A stretch of 59,797 nt of DNA, filler included, from Malassezia furfur (lineage: Eukaryota), in assembly GCA_052055015.1 (NCBI GenBank). It is 8 parts of 8 records of this genome, joined end to end, with 100 filler letters (N's around TTAATTAATTAA, not from the genome) between each part and the next. Parts side by side here need not be neighbours in the genome. Positions count along the whole stretch, not along the records: positions 30,187 to 37,534 come from JBQJIT010000500.1; positions 37,635 to 44,971 come from JBQJIT010000501.1; 6 more parts are not named here. One strand, given 5' to 3'. This document shows positions 33,735 to 45,071 of the stretch, piece after piece. Positions within the stretch are counted from its first letter, which is position 1, and the number at the start of each line of letters is the position of its first letter. Made by a program: the position numbers and the translations under genes. The notes beneath the pieces were generated by a model that saw only the letters and a list, made by a program, of their open reading frames with translations, did no database searches and was not told the DNA's origin.

Positions 33735-35377
33735 ATGCTGCAGGCGAGCCGGGGCACGGCCCTGCATCGCGCGCTGCGGACGACAGCGCAGCGACTCGGC
33801 GGCACGACGTGCCTGCGCGGTGTGCACACGCCGCCGGCGGTCGGCCAGCCACTACCGCACACGCATCCGCACCTATTTCCGATCGACTTTGCGCGCGGCT
33901 GGCAGGCCGAGCTTGGCGGGGGCGTCGCGACCGACCACCTTACGCCGGGCATTCCGGCCGCTGAGTACGAGCAGCGCCGGCGCAACCTCATGGACCGCCT
34001 GCCTACGGGCAGCGTGGTCGTGCTCATGGGCGGGCGCATCAAGTACATGAGCCGCAACATCTTGTACGTGCGCCGCTGACCACCAGTTACAAGTTCCGCC
34101 AAGAGTCCAACTTTTGGTACCTGACTGGCCTCGAGGAGCCCGACGCGGCGCTCGTGATGGGTACGTGGCGTATTAACGCAGTGAAAAACAGCTCACGCCG
34201 CGGCTACGCCATGACGTTGTTCGTCGCGCCGCGTCAGGCGAGCAAAGAGCTCTGGGACGGTCCGACGTGTGGCCTCGACGGCGCGGTCGAGGTGTTTGGC
34301 GCGGACCACGCCGAGCCGAACGACCCTTCGGTGCTTTTGCACGTGTTGAAAAAGACGCTTGCCTCTGCCGAGCACCTGTACGTCGACATGCCCTCGCAAG
34401 CGACCGTGCCGCGGCTCAGTCAGCGCACGCAGCGCTTCAGCCTGCACGACTTTCTCGCGCCGCCATCGCCCACCGGCTTTGACTTGTTCGCGCGCAAGAC
34501 CGACTTTGACAACGTCGTGCGCCTGCTGAGCGACCGGCGCAATACGCACTCGCTGCAACGCGAGATGGATGTGCTGCGTAGCCGCAAGAGCGCCAACGAG
34601 TTGCGCGTCATGCGACACGCAGGCGCAATTAGCGGCGCGGCGATGACCGAGGTGATGCGCGTCGTGCGCCCCCACCTTGCTGAGAGCGAGGCGCAGGCCG
34701 TGTTTGAGTACGAGTGCGCACGGCGCGGCGCGGCGCGGCAGGCGTACGTGCCGGTATTTGCTTCGGGGCGCAATGCGCTGATGATCCACTACGTGCGCAA
34801 CGACTGCCTAATCGGCGACCAGCAGGTGCTTTCGGTGGATGCTGGGTGCGAGTTTGCGGGGTACGCGTCTGACATCACACGTACGATGCCCACCGCGGCG
34901 GATGGGCGCTTTACGCCCGCCCAGCGCGACATTTACGAGGTGCTGCTGCGCGTCTTGAAAGGGTGCACGGCGCTGGCGACCGAGCGCCAGGGCTACTCGC
35001 TCTCGGAGCTGCACCGCCGCTCGGTCGAGATGCTGAGCAGCGAGCTGCGTGCGCTTGGCTTCTCGCTGAGCTACGGCGTGCTGGAGCGCACGCTGTACCC
35101 CCACTACCTGAGCCACTGGCTCGGGATTGACCTGCATGATACCAGCACCGTGGAGCGCTCGACGCGCCTGCAGGAGGGCATGGTGTTTACCATCGAGCCC
35201 GGCCTGTACATCCCTGACGACCCCGCCTTCCCCAAGGCATACCGCGGCATCGGAATGCGCGTCGAGGACGACGTGGCGGTCGGTGCCGCCGAGCCGTACG
35301 TGCTGAGCGCCGACGCCCCCAAGGAGGTCGTCGACATCGAGGCGGTGTGCAGCGGGCGCCTGCCGCGCTTCGTATAG
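33735..35377 (+). CDS. ICP55: Mitochondrial intermediate cleaving peptidase (Xaa-Pro aminopeptidase M24B); introns 34064-34086 and 34161-34181
   Basis: Presequence, LTPGI..EYEQRR, spliced [51 protein letters not shown]. Confidence 0.9.
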
Positions 35378-35387
35378 TACAGTGCAT

Positions 35388-35987
35388 CTACAGCAAATCG
35401 AAGTCATCCAACTCGTCGTTGTAGTTGGCGATCGCACGCCGGATCTTGCTGGTGTCGACCCAGGTGACGCTGCGGTCAGTGCAGTGCATACGTACAAGTC
35501 CTCGAGGTTGCGCGTCACCAGGAACGCGGGGTCGGTGATCGTGTCGGGCCCGACACGCACATGGCCCTGCTCCACGTAGCGCACCGCCTGCGACACCGAC
35601 TCGCTCATGTGCAGCCGCACCATGACGACCGGCAGCCGCCGCCGGCAAAACGCACTCACGTTGACGCGCTCCATGATGTCACTCATCTTGGCGCCCGTGT
35701 CGAGCAGGCCCATATCGTACAGTTTGTTCAGCAGCATCGCCTCCTGCTGCGCACGGAACGGATCGGCGCTCGGCAGCGTCGAGAGGCGCAGCGCGAGGTT
35801 GCGCACCTTGCCGACAAGGTTGTTGTACTTCTGGTAGTCGTCGCGGTCCTGCAGGTGGTACCTGCGCATGACCTTGATCTCACGCAGGTTGTTCTCGTTC
35901 TTCCATTGCAGGAAGTCGTGCCTGGGTCAGCGGCGTGGCAGCGTACTTTTTCAGGAGCTTTTGCTCGTGAAACTTGAGCTGCCGCAT
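35388..35987 (-). CDS. IMP3: U3 snoRNP protein Imp3; introns 35922-35946 and 35470-35495
   Basis: Spliced [21 protein letters not shown]...[10 protein letters not shown]...QGHVRVG...EDFVTWVD...DDFDLL. Confidence 0.95.
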
Positions 35988-35996
35988 CGTGGTCGA

Positions 35997-36020
35997 GGGG
36001 TGCGCCGCTTTTTTTTTTTT
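35997..36020 (+). promoter_or_regulatory. GGGGTGCGCCGC-T12 element in the IMP3/NAR1 divergent promoter
   Basis: Near-identical copy at 50327-50346 on another contig. Confidence 0.45.
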
Positions 36021-36061
36021 GGATTGGTCAGCGTGGAGGTGCGCGAAGGTTTGCCACCAGC

Positions 36062-37534
36062 ATGGCGTTCTCGGGCGCCTTGGTACGTGGTGTGCGCTGA
36101 CGCAGTCGGTGACCGACCTGAATGACTACCTAGGCCCCTCCCAAGTGTGCATCAAGCCCGTCGAGGCCCCGGCACCGAGCCCCGCGCCGGGCGGCGAGGT
36201 ACGTCAGCCGCTCACGCAGACGGAAATCGCCATCGACCAGGGCACCTACTACGAATCCAACGGACAGCGCGCACGCACGCAGCTCGAGACCGCGCAGATC
36301 TCGCTGAACGACTGCTTGGCGTGCAGCGGGTGTGTCACGAGTGCCGAGACCGTGCTCATTGGCATGCAGAGCATCGACGAAGTCGAGCAGGCACTGGCCT
36401 CCCCCGACGGCCGGACGTTTGTCGCGTCGATCAGCCCGCAGTCGCTCGCGTCGCTCGCAACGCGCTATGCATACGCACATCCCTCGTCGTCGCACGAGGC
36501 GCCGCTCACGCTGCACACGCTGCTCCTCCGCATCGCACACGCGCTCCGCCAGCGTGGTTTCCATGTGGTGACCGACACGAGCTTTGCGCGGCACCTCGCG
36601 CTGCGTGAGCACGTCCGCGAGTTTCGTGAGCGGCGTGCGGCGCGGGACGCGGGCGCACAGGACGTGCCGCGGCTGCCGATGCTGGCCTCGGCGTGCCCGG
36701 GATGGATCTGCTATGCGGAAAAAGCGCACGGCGAGTTGCTGCCGTACATTGCGGCCACGAAATCCCCCCAGCAGGTTGCCGGCGTGCTCGCGAAGCAGTG
36801 CATCGGCCCTGCGCAGGGCGGCGCCCCCGTATACCACGTCGCGGTCATGCCGTGCTACGACAAAAAGCTCGAGGCGAGCCGCCGGCAGCTCGAGCACGAA
36901 GGCGTCAAGGAGGTCGACTGTGTGCTCACCACCGGCGAGCTGCACGACCTGCTCCTTGCGTCGCACTTTGATCCCTATGCGCCCGTCCCCGACGAGCCGG
37001 CGACGAGCGCCTGGCCGCAGCTGCTCCAGGAGCCGGGGAGCAGCAGCGGCGGCTACCTCTTTGCCGTGCTGCACTGCGTCTGGGCCGAATGGGTAGCCGC
37101 GCACCCCGGCGCGACGCCGGCGCTCGAGCTGCGCGTGATCCGCTCCGTGGACTACACCGACTACGTGCTGCGCGCGCCGAGCGGTGAGACGCTCTTCCGC
37201 GGCGCGCAGTGCTACGGCTTCCGGAACCTGCAGAACCTCGTGCGCAAGATCCAGCGTGCGACCGGCGCGCGCGGCACACGGCGGCCGGGGCGCGGGCGCA
37301 TGGTGCGCCGCGGTGCGGAGGACGACGCGGCGTACGACTACGTCGAGGTCATGGCGTGCCCGGGGGGGTGCGTCAACGGCGGTGGGCAGATGCGCCCGCC
37401 GAGCGGTGCCGGCGCGCAGCGCGACGTCGATGCGGATGCCGGCGCGCAGGGCTGGCAGGGCACCGACAAGTCGTGGGTGCAGCGCGTCGAGGCCGCCTAC
37501 TGGGTCGACCCCAGCCGCCGCGCGACGATGGCCG
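36062..37534 (+). CDS. NAR1: Cytosolic Fe-S cluster assembly factor Nar1 (3'-truncated); introns 36083-36105 and 36199-36219
   Basis: DLNDYLGPSQVCIKP, ISLNDCLACSGCVTSAE, SACPGW, MPCYDKKLEASR, YGFRNLQN, EVMACPGGC. Confidence 0.95.
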
Positions 37535-37634
37535 NNNNNNNNNNNNNNNNNNNNNNNNNNNNNNNNNNNNNNNNNNNNTTAATTAATTAANNNNNNNNNN
37601 NNNNNNNNNNNNNNNNNNNNNNNNNNNNNNNNNN
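37535..37634. other. Artificial contig linker
   Basis: N44-TTAATTAATTAA-N44. Confidence 0.98.
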
Positions 37635-39260
37635 TGGCTGCGGGCCCGCCGATCCCGAATGCGCCGCCGATGGACGGCGCGGCGCAGTCCGACCTCGCGG
37701 CGCTCGGCGTGGCGCCGGCCGAGGAGGAGATGGACTGGGCGTCGGTATGTGACCCGACTCACAACGCAGCTGAACAACGACTACTGCGAGACATGCCGTG
37801 GGCACGGCCGCTTCCTGTGCTGCGACGGGTGCCCGCGCTCGTTCCACTTTGCGTGTGTGAACCCGCCGCTGGACGTGGACGAAATGCCTTTCCCGAACGG
37901 GACCCTGCTGCCGAAGCGCAAGGGCGACGCGAAAAACGACCCGCGCGCCGCGCGCGCCGATGCGGACGACAGCTGGTTCTGCCAGGTGTGCTTTGCGGCA
38001 CGCCTGCCGCCGAAGCCGGTGCGCAATGCCGGGCCGTTTGGCGTCTTGGTGCAAAAGCTCGAGCGGGAGAACCCGAGCATCTTTTCGCTCCCTGCCGAGC
38101 TGCGCAACTACTTCAAGGGCGTGTCCACCGGCGCGGACGGCGCGTACGTCGATAGCACCTCGCTGCGCCCGCTCAAGCTGTCGCGCCACGGCTTCGTCGA
38201 GGAGCGCGACGCCTTCCAGCTGCGGGACAAGCATGGCGAGGCGGTGCTGTGCTACCAGTGCGGGGGCTCGGCGCTGCCCATCGCCGACGTGCTCCCGCCA
38301 GGCGCCGCGCGTGCGCCGACGCAGGCCGAGGAGCTCGAGGCGCTCGAGACGCTCGCCGACGCCGCGCTCGCCGCGCAGCAGCCGCCGCGCGCTCCGCCGC
38401 ACGGCCGCCGTATGCTGTCGTGCGACTTTTGCCATCTGCACTGGCACCTCGACTGCGTCGACCCGCCGATGCAGACCATGCCGCCGACCACACGGCGGTG
38501 GAAATGCCCGGCACACAGCAGCCACGCCGAGCCGCGCGTGCGGATACCCCGCGCTGCGAACCAGGTCAAGACCATCGACGTGCCGCTCGCGACCGCACCG
38601 CCGCCCGCCGCCCGCGCGCCTCGGCCGCTCGGCGAGGTCGAGGTGCTCGCCGACCCCAACGATCGCTACTTTGACCACGAGAGCGGCAAAGGCCACTCGT
38701 CCGAGCCACCGTACGACGAAATCACGGTGAGCAACTCGAACGGGACACGCCTTCGATACCGGATCCCCGAAAAGACCATCCGCCTCGAGTTCTGGAGCCG
38801 CGCGGCGTTGGAGCGTGCGCAGCAGGCGCGCCGTGCCGCGGCAGCGGCACCGTCTACCACACACGCGCCCCCCGCGCCGCTGCCCCACGCGCCACCCATT
38901 GCGCCCACGGCGCTCGACCGGCTTGTGGTCGTGGCTCTCGGCGAGGCGCGTGCTCCGACACACGATACGGCCACGGTCGAGGCGCGCACGCCCGAGCACC
39001 TCGCACAGAACGCCGCGGCGGCACATGCATCGCTTGCCCCCAACGCGACGCCGTTCGACGGCGCGATGCGGTCAACGTATTGTGCGGACGAAGCACAGCC
39101 GCTCGCACCGAGCGCACGGCGCGACGCACCGCCGCCGCCGCCGGTTGCCGAACCGCTCACGTACGTGTACCCCTCGGAGCTCGGCGAGCTACGCGCTATC
39201 AAGCGCATGCTCACTGCCAAGGGGAGCGAGCGCGTCCGCGCGTTTTTGCAGGAGTCATAG
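37635..39260 (+). CDS. RCO1: Double PHD-finger protein (Rco1/Cph1-like, Rpd3S complex), probably 5'-truncated; intron 37745-37769
   Basis: NNDYCETC..FLCCDGCPRSFHFACVNPP..WFC, 'NPSIFSLP..YFKGV', split second PHD CYQC..CDFCHLHWHLDCVDPP..WKCP. Confidence 0.8.
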   Translation, partial: WLRARRSRMRRRWTARRSPTSRRSAWRRPRRRWTGRRYVTRLTTQLNNDYCETCRGHGRFLCCDGCPRSFHFACVNPPLDVDEMPFPNGTLLPKRKGDAKNDPRAARADADDSWFCQVCFAARLPPKPVRNAGPFGVLVQKLERENPSIFSLPAELRNYFKGVSTGADGAYVDSTSLRPLKLSRHGFVEERDAFQLRDKHGEAVLCYQCGGSALPIADVLPPGAARAPTQAEELEALETLADAALAAQQPPRAPPHGRRMLSCDFCHLHWHLDCVDPPMQTMPPTTRRWKCPAHSSHAEPRVRIPRAANQVKTIDVPLATAPPPAARAPRPLGEVEVLADPNDRYFDHESGKGHSSEPPYDEITVSNSNGTRLRYRIPEKTIRLEFWSRAALERAQQARRAAAAAPSTTHAPPAPLPHAPPIAPTALDRLVVVALGEARAPTHDTATVEARTPEHLAQNAAAAHASLAPNATPFDGAMRSTYCADEAQPLAPSARRDAPPPPPVAEPLTYVYPSELGELRAIKRMLTAKGSERVRAFLQES

Positions 39261-39262
39261 CC

Positions 39263-40147
39263 CTACCTACCAGCCGGGCACGGCCCGGCCTCGTCTACAT
39301 CGCTCGTGGCGACGTACGCCCCGTCGTCGCATGTCGCACACGGCGGGGACGGCGCGCGGGGCACATGCTCACGCGCCTCGAGCGCCTCGGCTAGGTCATC
39401 GAGGATGCGCCGCGGCGTGCGGTACGCCGCCTCGTACAGCGGGGCAGGCCGCGCGGGCAGCTGCGTCCGTCGCCGCCGCCGTCGCGGCCGACGCGGCTCG
39501 GGGGGTATAGATGGTACCAGCCGCGGAAGCAATGCGGCGAGTGTCGTATGCGCCGCGCGGTGCGCCTCGGATGCGGGCGCCAGGCGCGTCGGCGCCGCGA
39601 GCGGCAGCTGCGCTGCCCAGCGGTGCCACCGCGGCGCCGGCGCTGTGGAGGGCACGAGGGTATCTAGCAAGGTGCGGCGCGCCTGGGCATCATCGTAGCG
39701 TGCATGCTCCGCAGCCAACTCGGCACGGATCTGCTCGAGCACCTGGATACGCAGCACGCTGTCCGGCACGGCGCGCGCCGCGGCACATGCCACGAGGTGC
39801 GTCCGCCGCTTCACAGCGCTATGGGAGGCGGCAAAGTGCGACGCGCACAACGTGCACCGCGGCAGCATGCGTATCGCCTCGCGTGGGAATGCGTCAAGGC
39901 ACGAGGCGGGCGGCGTCGGCCCGCTCGTGCGCGGCTTGGTCGGCGAGCGGCGCGCAGCACCGCCGTCGGTGGGCATTGCGTTCGTCGTCGCTTTGGGCGC
40001 AAACGGTGCGCGTGCAGGGCGGCGCCGCACAGCCGAGCCAGATGTAGCACCTCCCTCGCGTTCCAGTGCACCGCGGGTATCTGGCGCGTACGCAAACGAC
40101 GCGAGCTGCGCCCGGAACGCGGCGTCCTCCTCCCCCGCCACGCCCAT
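39263..40147 (-). CDS. Hypothetical protein with CxxC-x14-HxxxC zinc-finger-like motif
   Basis: LPRCTLCASHFAASHSAVKRRTHLVACA; fills the space between RCO1 and SOS7. Confidence 0.55.
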   Translation of the reverse strand: MGVAGEEDAAFRAQLASFAYAPDTRGALEREGGATSGSAVRRRPARAPFAPKATTNAMPTDGGAARRSPTKPRTSGPTPPASCLDAFPREAIRMLPRCTLCASHFAASHSAVKRRTHLVACAAARAVPDSVLRIQVLEQIRAELAAEHARYDDAQARRTLLDTLVPSTAPAPRWHRWAAQLPLAAPTRLAPASEAHRAAHTTLAALLPRLVPSIPPEPRRPRRRRRRTQLPARPAPLYEAAYRTPRRILDDLAEALEAREHVPRAPSPPCATCDDGAYVATSDVDEAGPCPAGR

Positions 40148-40151
40148 CGCA

Positions 40152-40165
40152 ACGCGTGTCACGTG
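40152..40165. promoter_or_regulatory. ACGCGT directly followed by GTCACGTG in a 45-bp divergent promoter
   Basis: Sequence ACGCGTGTCACGTG, followed by GCGAAAA. Confidence 0.5.
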
Positions 40166-40192
40166 GCGAAAACAACACGGAGCGCCTCCACC

Positions 40193-41474
40193 ATGACGAC
40201 GCGCCGGCAGAGTGCGTCGAGCGCGACGCGCGCGGCGCGCGTAAGTGTGTCGCCCGGCAGCAAGAGCCTATCGCACCTGTCGCCGAAGCGCGATGCGTTG
40301 CAGCCTATGGCGGAGCACGATGAGAACACGAGCAGCGCACAGGACACGATCCGCGCGACACAGAGGTGCGTGCGGCCTCCACGCTGACGCAGTCTGCTTG
40401 CGACGCTCGAGACGCCGTCATCGGGCACTCAGGACTCCTTAGGCCTGAATAAGCTGCGCGAAAAGCTCGCGCAGTACGCTGCCAGTGAGCAGCAGCAGTT
40501 TGTCGACGAGGGGCTTGGACTCGACTGGGAGCTGTACAACGACGTCGGCGGTGCGCTGGAGCAGGAAGAGGCGCTGTTGCTGGTGCGTGTGCCAATCTGA
40601 CGCGCAGGACTATTTCCGGAAACTCAAGTTTATTTACCTCGAGCAAGAAACCAAGCTGCGGTTCCTTGCGGACCTGCAGGACGACCCCGAGACCGGTCAG
40701 GAGCCGCAGATTCTGTCGGCGGCCGACGTCGCGCAGCGAGAGCACGACTGCCGGCGCGTCAAGCAGCAGCTCGTGGAGGCGAAGCGGCGCGTGCGTGACC
40801 TGCGCGAAGAGATTGACGAGCTTGCTGCGGCGATGGCCGAGCCGTGGGCTGCGCTCGAGGACGGTGCACAGGAAGCCAAGCAGCTCATTTCCGAGATTTC
40901 CGACATGGAGCTCGAGCTCGCGCGCAGCAAGGCCGCCGAGGGCACGCAGAGCGCCATGACCACAGCCGAGGCCGAGGCGCTGTGTGACGAGCAGATCGTC
41001 GAGATGCAGACGTTCGACGATGATACCACCCACAAGACGCGCGAGATGGAGCAGTGCAAGCGCGAGCTCGCCGAGAGTCTGCGGCACCTTGAGCGGCTCA
41101 AGGTCGAGCGGAGTGCCGCGGAGAAGCTCGCGAACGAGGCGCAGCTCGGAGCCGGGCGCGACCGCGGGCGCGACTGGGAGATGGAGCGCGTGTGTGCGCG
41201 GCACCAGTCCATGCTGGACCACCTGCACGAGACGCTTGCGCTGCAGGCGCTGCGTGCGCCGTCCGCGCACGAGCTGGAGCTTGTGTTTGCGCCACACGGC
41301 ACGACGCTGCGGCTCGCGTTTGATGAGCCGGGCGGCGCACTGGTGCAGTACGCCGTGGAGGACGCGCACGGCGAGGCCATAGACCTGTCCAAGGACACGC
41401 TGGCGTTCGCCGATGCGGCGCTCGCGAGCAATCTGCCCGCGGCGCTGGCGCAGCGGATCTGGCAGGAGGTGTAG
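40193..41474 (+). CDS. SOS7: Kinetochore protein Sos7 (Kre28/Zwint-related); introns 40366-40392 and 40583-40607
   Basis: FRKLKFIYLEQETKLRFL signature followed by coiled coil; two GT..AG introns join the frames. Confidence 0.75.
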
Positions 41475-41492
41475 TTCATGACTACGGAGACG

Positions 41493-42782
41493 CTACAGGA
41501 GCATCGTGGGCAGGTCCTCGAGGTACTGCTTGAGCTTCACGAGGAAGGTCACGGCCTCGCGGCCGTCGAGAAGGCGGTGGTCGTAGGTGAGCGCCACGAC
41601 CATGATCGGGCGGACCTCGACCTTGCCGTTGACCACCCACGGCTTCTCCTTGACCGCGTGCATGCCGAGAATCGCCGAACCGGGGAGGTTCAGGATGGGC
41701 GTACCGAAGAGCGAGCCGAACACGCCACCGTTCGAGATGGTGAAGGTGCCGCCGGTCATCTCCTCGATCGAGAGCTTGTTGTCACGTGCCTTGAGGCCGA
41801 GGGCGTGGATGGCCTTCTCGATCTCGAGGATGCTCATGTCGTTGGCGTTGCGCACGACGGGCGTGACGAGACCGCGCTCGGTGCTCACCGCAACGCTCAG
41901 GTCGACGTAGTCGCGGTACACGATCGTGTCGCCGAGACCCTCGCCCTCAATGCTGGCGTTCGCGGCAGGGATCTCCTTGAGGGCCAGCGCACTCGCCTTG
42001 GCGAACGCGCCCATGAAGCCGAGCTTGACGCCGGTCTCCTTGAGCACGCGGTCCTTGTTGCGCTTGCGGAACTCCATCAGGGCGCTCATGTCGATCTCGT
42101 TGAAGGTCGTGAGCGAGGCCGCCGTGTTCTGCGACTCCTTCAGGCGCTCAGCAATGCGCTTGCGCATGCGGTTCATCTTGACACGGTGCTCGGTGCGCTC
42201 ACCGGCCTTGGGCGCGGCAGGCTCGGGCTGCTTCTTGGGCTCCTCCTTGGGCGCCGAGGGCTTGGACGCCGGCGCCGAGTCCTGCTTCTTGGGCTCCTCC
42301 TTCTTGGGCTCCTCCTTCTTGGGCTCCTCCTTCTTCTCCTCCTTCTTCGGCTCCTCTTTCTTCGGCTCCTCCTTCTTCTCCTCCTTCTTCGGCTCCTCCT
42401 TCTTCTCCTCCTTGGGCTCTTCGGCGGGCGCCTCGCCCTCCTCGATCTTCACGAGGTCCTGGCCGACCTGGACGTTGTCCTCCGGCTGCGCGAAGAGCTC
42501 GACAATCTTACCCGACTCGGTAGAGTTCACGGCAACGTCAATCTTGTCCGTCTCGATCGTGGCGAGCTCTTCGTCGGCCTTGACGTAGTCGCCGACCTTC
42601 TTCGTGAACTGCTTCAGGGTACCTTCGCTGATCGACTCGGCCATCTGCGGCACCTTGACGATGCCGAGGCACATGCGAGTCGTCGACAGGTTCCTGCGTG
42701 CTGCCAGCGCCAGCGCGCCCGAGTACAGCGGCGCACCGCGCACGGCGAGGCGGGCGGTCAGGCTAGGTGCGAGCGGGAGCAT
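41493..42782 (-). CDS. KGD2: 2-oxoglutarate dehydrogenase E2 (dihydrolipoamide succinyltransferase)
   Basis: Lipoyl [39 protein letters not shown]. Confidence 0.97.
   Translation of the reverse strand: MLPLAPSLTARLAVRGAPLYSGALALAARRNLSTTRMCLGIVKVPQMAESISEGTLKQFTKKVGDYVKADEELATIETDKIDVAVNSTESGKIVELFAQPEDNVQVGQDLVKIEEGEAPAEEPKEEKKEEPKKEEKKEEPKKEEPKKEEKKEEPKKEEPKKEEPKKQDSAPASKPSAPKEEPKKQPEPAAPKAGERTEHRVKMNRMRKRIAERLKESQNTAASLTTFNEIDMSALMEFRKRNKDRVLKETGVKLGFMGAFAKASALALKEIPAANASIEGEGLGDTIVYRDYVDLSVAVSTERGLVTPVVRNANDMSILEIEKAIHALGLKARDNKLSIEEMTGGTFTISNGGVFGSLFGTPILNLPGSAILGMHAVKEKPWVVNGKVEVRPIMVVALTYDHRLLDGREAVTFLVKLKQYLEDLPTMLL
42230..42415 (-). repeat. Coding 15-bp degenerate repeat encoding [10 protein letters not shown] linker
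   Basis: Repeated ggctcctccttctt on the plus strand. Confidence 0.9.
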
Positions 42783-42871
42783 CGTGGCAAAATAAAACCG
42801 TGTTGGCCCGTCTACCACGTGGTCGAGCGGCGTTGCGCCTCTCCCAACCCCCCGCGCGTAAGTGTCGAGCT

Positions 42872-43870
42872 ATGCCCGCTTCGGCGTCGAACGCAGGAGC
42901 GCAGGAGGCGCGTGCGCCGACGCGCTCGGCCGCTAAGACGCTGGGCGTCGGCGGACTCGCTGGGTTTGCGTCATGTGTGCTGCTGCAGCCGTTCGACTTG
43001 CTTAAGACGCGCATGCAGCAGGAGCAGAGCCGTGCCGGGCCGCATCTCGTCGAGACGCGCACGCAGCGGCTCGTGCGCAACTTTCGACAGGTGGTGAAGG
43101 CCGACGGCTGGCAGGGCCTGTGGCGCGGCACGATGCCGACGGTCGTACGCAACGTGCCAGGCGTCGCCGCCTACTTTTACACGATCAACGAGCTGCGCTG
43201 GCTCGTGGCCATTTGGCAGGTGCCGCTGCTCTCGATCGGCGGCGCGACGCAGGCGGCAACTGGGCACTCGAGCTCGACGCTCGCGCGCCTCTCGACGACG
43301 GGTAACCTGCTCACGGGCGCGGCGGCGCGCGTCGCCATCGGCTTCTTCCTGAACCCCATTACGATCGTCAAGGCGCGCTACGAATCTTCGCACTACGCAC
43401 GCACGGCATACCCCACGATTTTCTCTTCGCTGCGTGCCATCTACCGCGATGGCGGCTTTGCGGGCTTCTTCCGCGGCTTCCCGGCGACGGCGCTGCGCGA
43501 CGCGCCGTACGCGGGCCTCTATTTGGCGGTGTATGAACACACCAAGCAGCTGCTCGGGCGCTTCTCGCGTCACGACCGCTCCGGCAACGCATGGGTGGTC
43601 AGCGCGAGCGGACTGACCGCGGGCACGCTTGCAACGGTCTTCACGCAGCCGTTCGACATCCTCAAAACGCGCATGCAGACGACGCCGAGTGCGCTGCTCG
43701 GCATGCCGGCGGAGCGCGTTGGCATGGTGGCCATGACGCGCCATGTGCTCGCGACCGATGGCCTCGGCGCATTTGCCGACGGCCTTGGCCTGCGGATTGC
43801 ACGCAAGGCCGCGAGCGGCATGATCGGCTGGACGATTTTCGAGTTTGGCAACCGGTACTGGAATGCATAG
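42872..43870 (+). CDS. HEM25: Mitochondrial carrier, glycine transporter SLC25A38/Hem25 type
   Basis: QPFDLLKTRMQ, WRGTMPTVVRNVPG, PITIVKARYES, LRDAPYAGLY. Confidence 0.88.
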   Translation: MPASASNAGAQEARAPTRSAAKTLGVGGLAGFASCVLLQPFDLLKTRMQQEQSRAGPHLVETRTQRLVRNFRQVVKADGWQGLWRGTMPTVVRNVPGVAAYFYTINELRWLVAIWQVPLLSIGGATQAATGHSSSTLARLSTTGNLLTGAAARVAIGFFLNPITIVKARYESSHYARTAYPTIFSSLRAIYRDGGFAGFFRGFPATALRDAPYAGLYLAVYEHTKQLLGRFSRHDRSGNAWVVSASGLTAGTLATVFTQPFDILKTRMQTTPSALLGMPAERVGMVAMTRHVLATDGLGAFADGLGLRIARKAASGMIGWTIFEFGNRYWNA

Positions 43871-43915
43871 GGTAGTATGTACAGTACAAAAAAAAAAAGG
43901 GGGCGGAGCACGTCG

Positions 43916-44971
43916 CTACCGCCGGCGGCGCACACGCTCCCAACGGCTACGCTTGCTGTCGAGCGACGCCGTGTCGTCCGCGCTCGTGCGGCGCTCGCTC
44001 GCGCTGCGCCGCGCGCCGAGGCTGTTCCATGGGAGCGCCGCGGCCACCAGCGAGCGGCTGCGCTGGCGCGGGAGTGCCGCGCCGCCGTCGTCGCGCGGCT
44101 CGAGCTCCAGGCTGCGCTGGTACAGCTGCTCGGTGGCCGCCGCGTAGCTCTGCGCGCAGCTCGCGACCTGCACCTCGTCGCGCATCTGTGCGAGGAAGCG
44201 CTGCAGCTCGGGTACCTCGACGAGGGTGTAGGCGCGCGCCTGGAAGCGCTGGACCTCGCCGACGATCTCGGCGAGGCGCATGCAGCGCACCCAGTTGACT
44301 ACCTCTGGCGTGCCGTCCGGCGCGCCCTCGGGCGCCGCGCGCCGCTTGGCGTGGCCGCTCAGGCAGAACGTCACGTCGGTGTTGACCAGCCCGAGGAACG
44401 GCAGCACCGGTCCTTGGGCGTCGCGCAGCTGCGCGCGGTACGCGGCAAAGTTGCGCGTGTGCTCCATCACGGCGCGCTGCGCCTCGAAGCGCGCGAGCGT
44501 CTTGGTCGAGAGGCCGGCCCACGTGCGCTTCAGGCGGAGCACCGTCGAGGAGTTGAGCGCGCCCTGCACGGCCATGAGCAGGTTGAAGTTGCACAGCGCA
44601 AGGCTCTCCGAGCCGACGCGCACGAGGTGCTGGAGGACGAGCGTGCGGCGCTTCACGTCGGTCTCGCGCAGGAGGCACTCGCCCATCCAGTTGGTGAGCT
44701 GCGTGGTGAAGGTGGCCATGGCACGCGCATGCGTCGCCGTCGCCGTCGCCGTCGTGCCGTTGGGGCGGCAGTAGGGCTCGTGGCAGTACAGCAGCTCCAT
44801 CGGCAGCACGCTCGCAAACAGGCGCGCCTCGGCAATGGTGATCTGCCGCGCGAGCTCTGCGGCGTCCAGGTCGAGCACCGACACGCTCCACAAATCGGGC
44901 GCCGCGCGGAGGGCGGCGCGCACGCCTTTGGACACCGCCGGCACGGGCGGCGCCGGGGCGCGGGCAATGCG
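43916..44971 (-). CDS. Ras guanine-nucleotide exchange factor, CDC25 domain (5'-truncated)
   Basis: ELARQITI.E, NFNLLMAVQGALNSSTVLRLKRTW, NFAAYR, PVLPFLG..TDVTF. Confidence 0.9.
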   Translation of the reverse strand, partial: RIARAPAPPVPAVSKGVRAALRAAPDLWSVSVLDLDAAELARQITIAEARLFASVLPMELLYCHEPYCRPNGTTATATATHARAMATFTTQLTNWMGECLLRETDVKRRTLVLQHLVRVGSESLALCNFNLLMAVQGALNSSTVLRLKRTWAGLSTKTLARFEAQRAVMEHTRNFAAYRAQLRDAQGPVLPFLGLVNTDVTFCLSGHAKRRAAPEGAPDGTPEVVNWVRCMRLAEIVGEVQRFQARAYTLVEVPELQRFLAQMRDEVQVASCAQSYAAATEQLYQRSLELEPRDDGGAALPRQRSRSLVAAALPWNSLGARRSASERRTSADDTASLDSKRSRWERVRRRR

Positions 44972-45071
44972 NNNNNNNNNNNNNNNNNNNNNNNNNNNNN
45001 NNNNNNNNNNNNNNNTTAATTAATTAANNNNNNNNNNNNNNNNNNNNNNNNNNNNNNNNNNNNNNNNNNNN
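44972..45071. other. Artificial contig linker
   Basis: N44-TTAATTAATTAA-N44. Confidence 0.98.
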
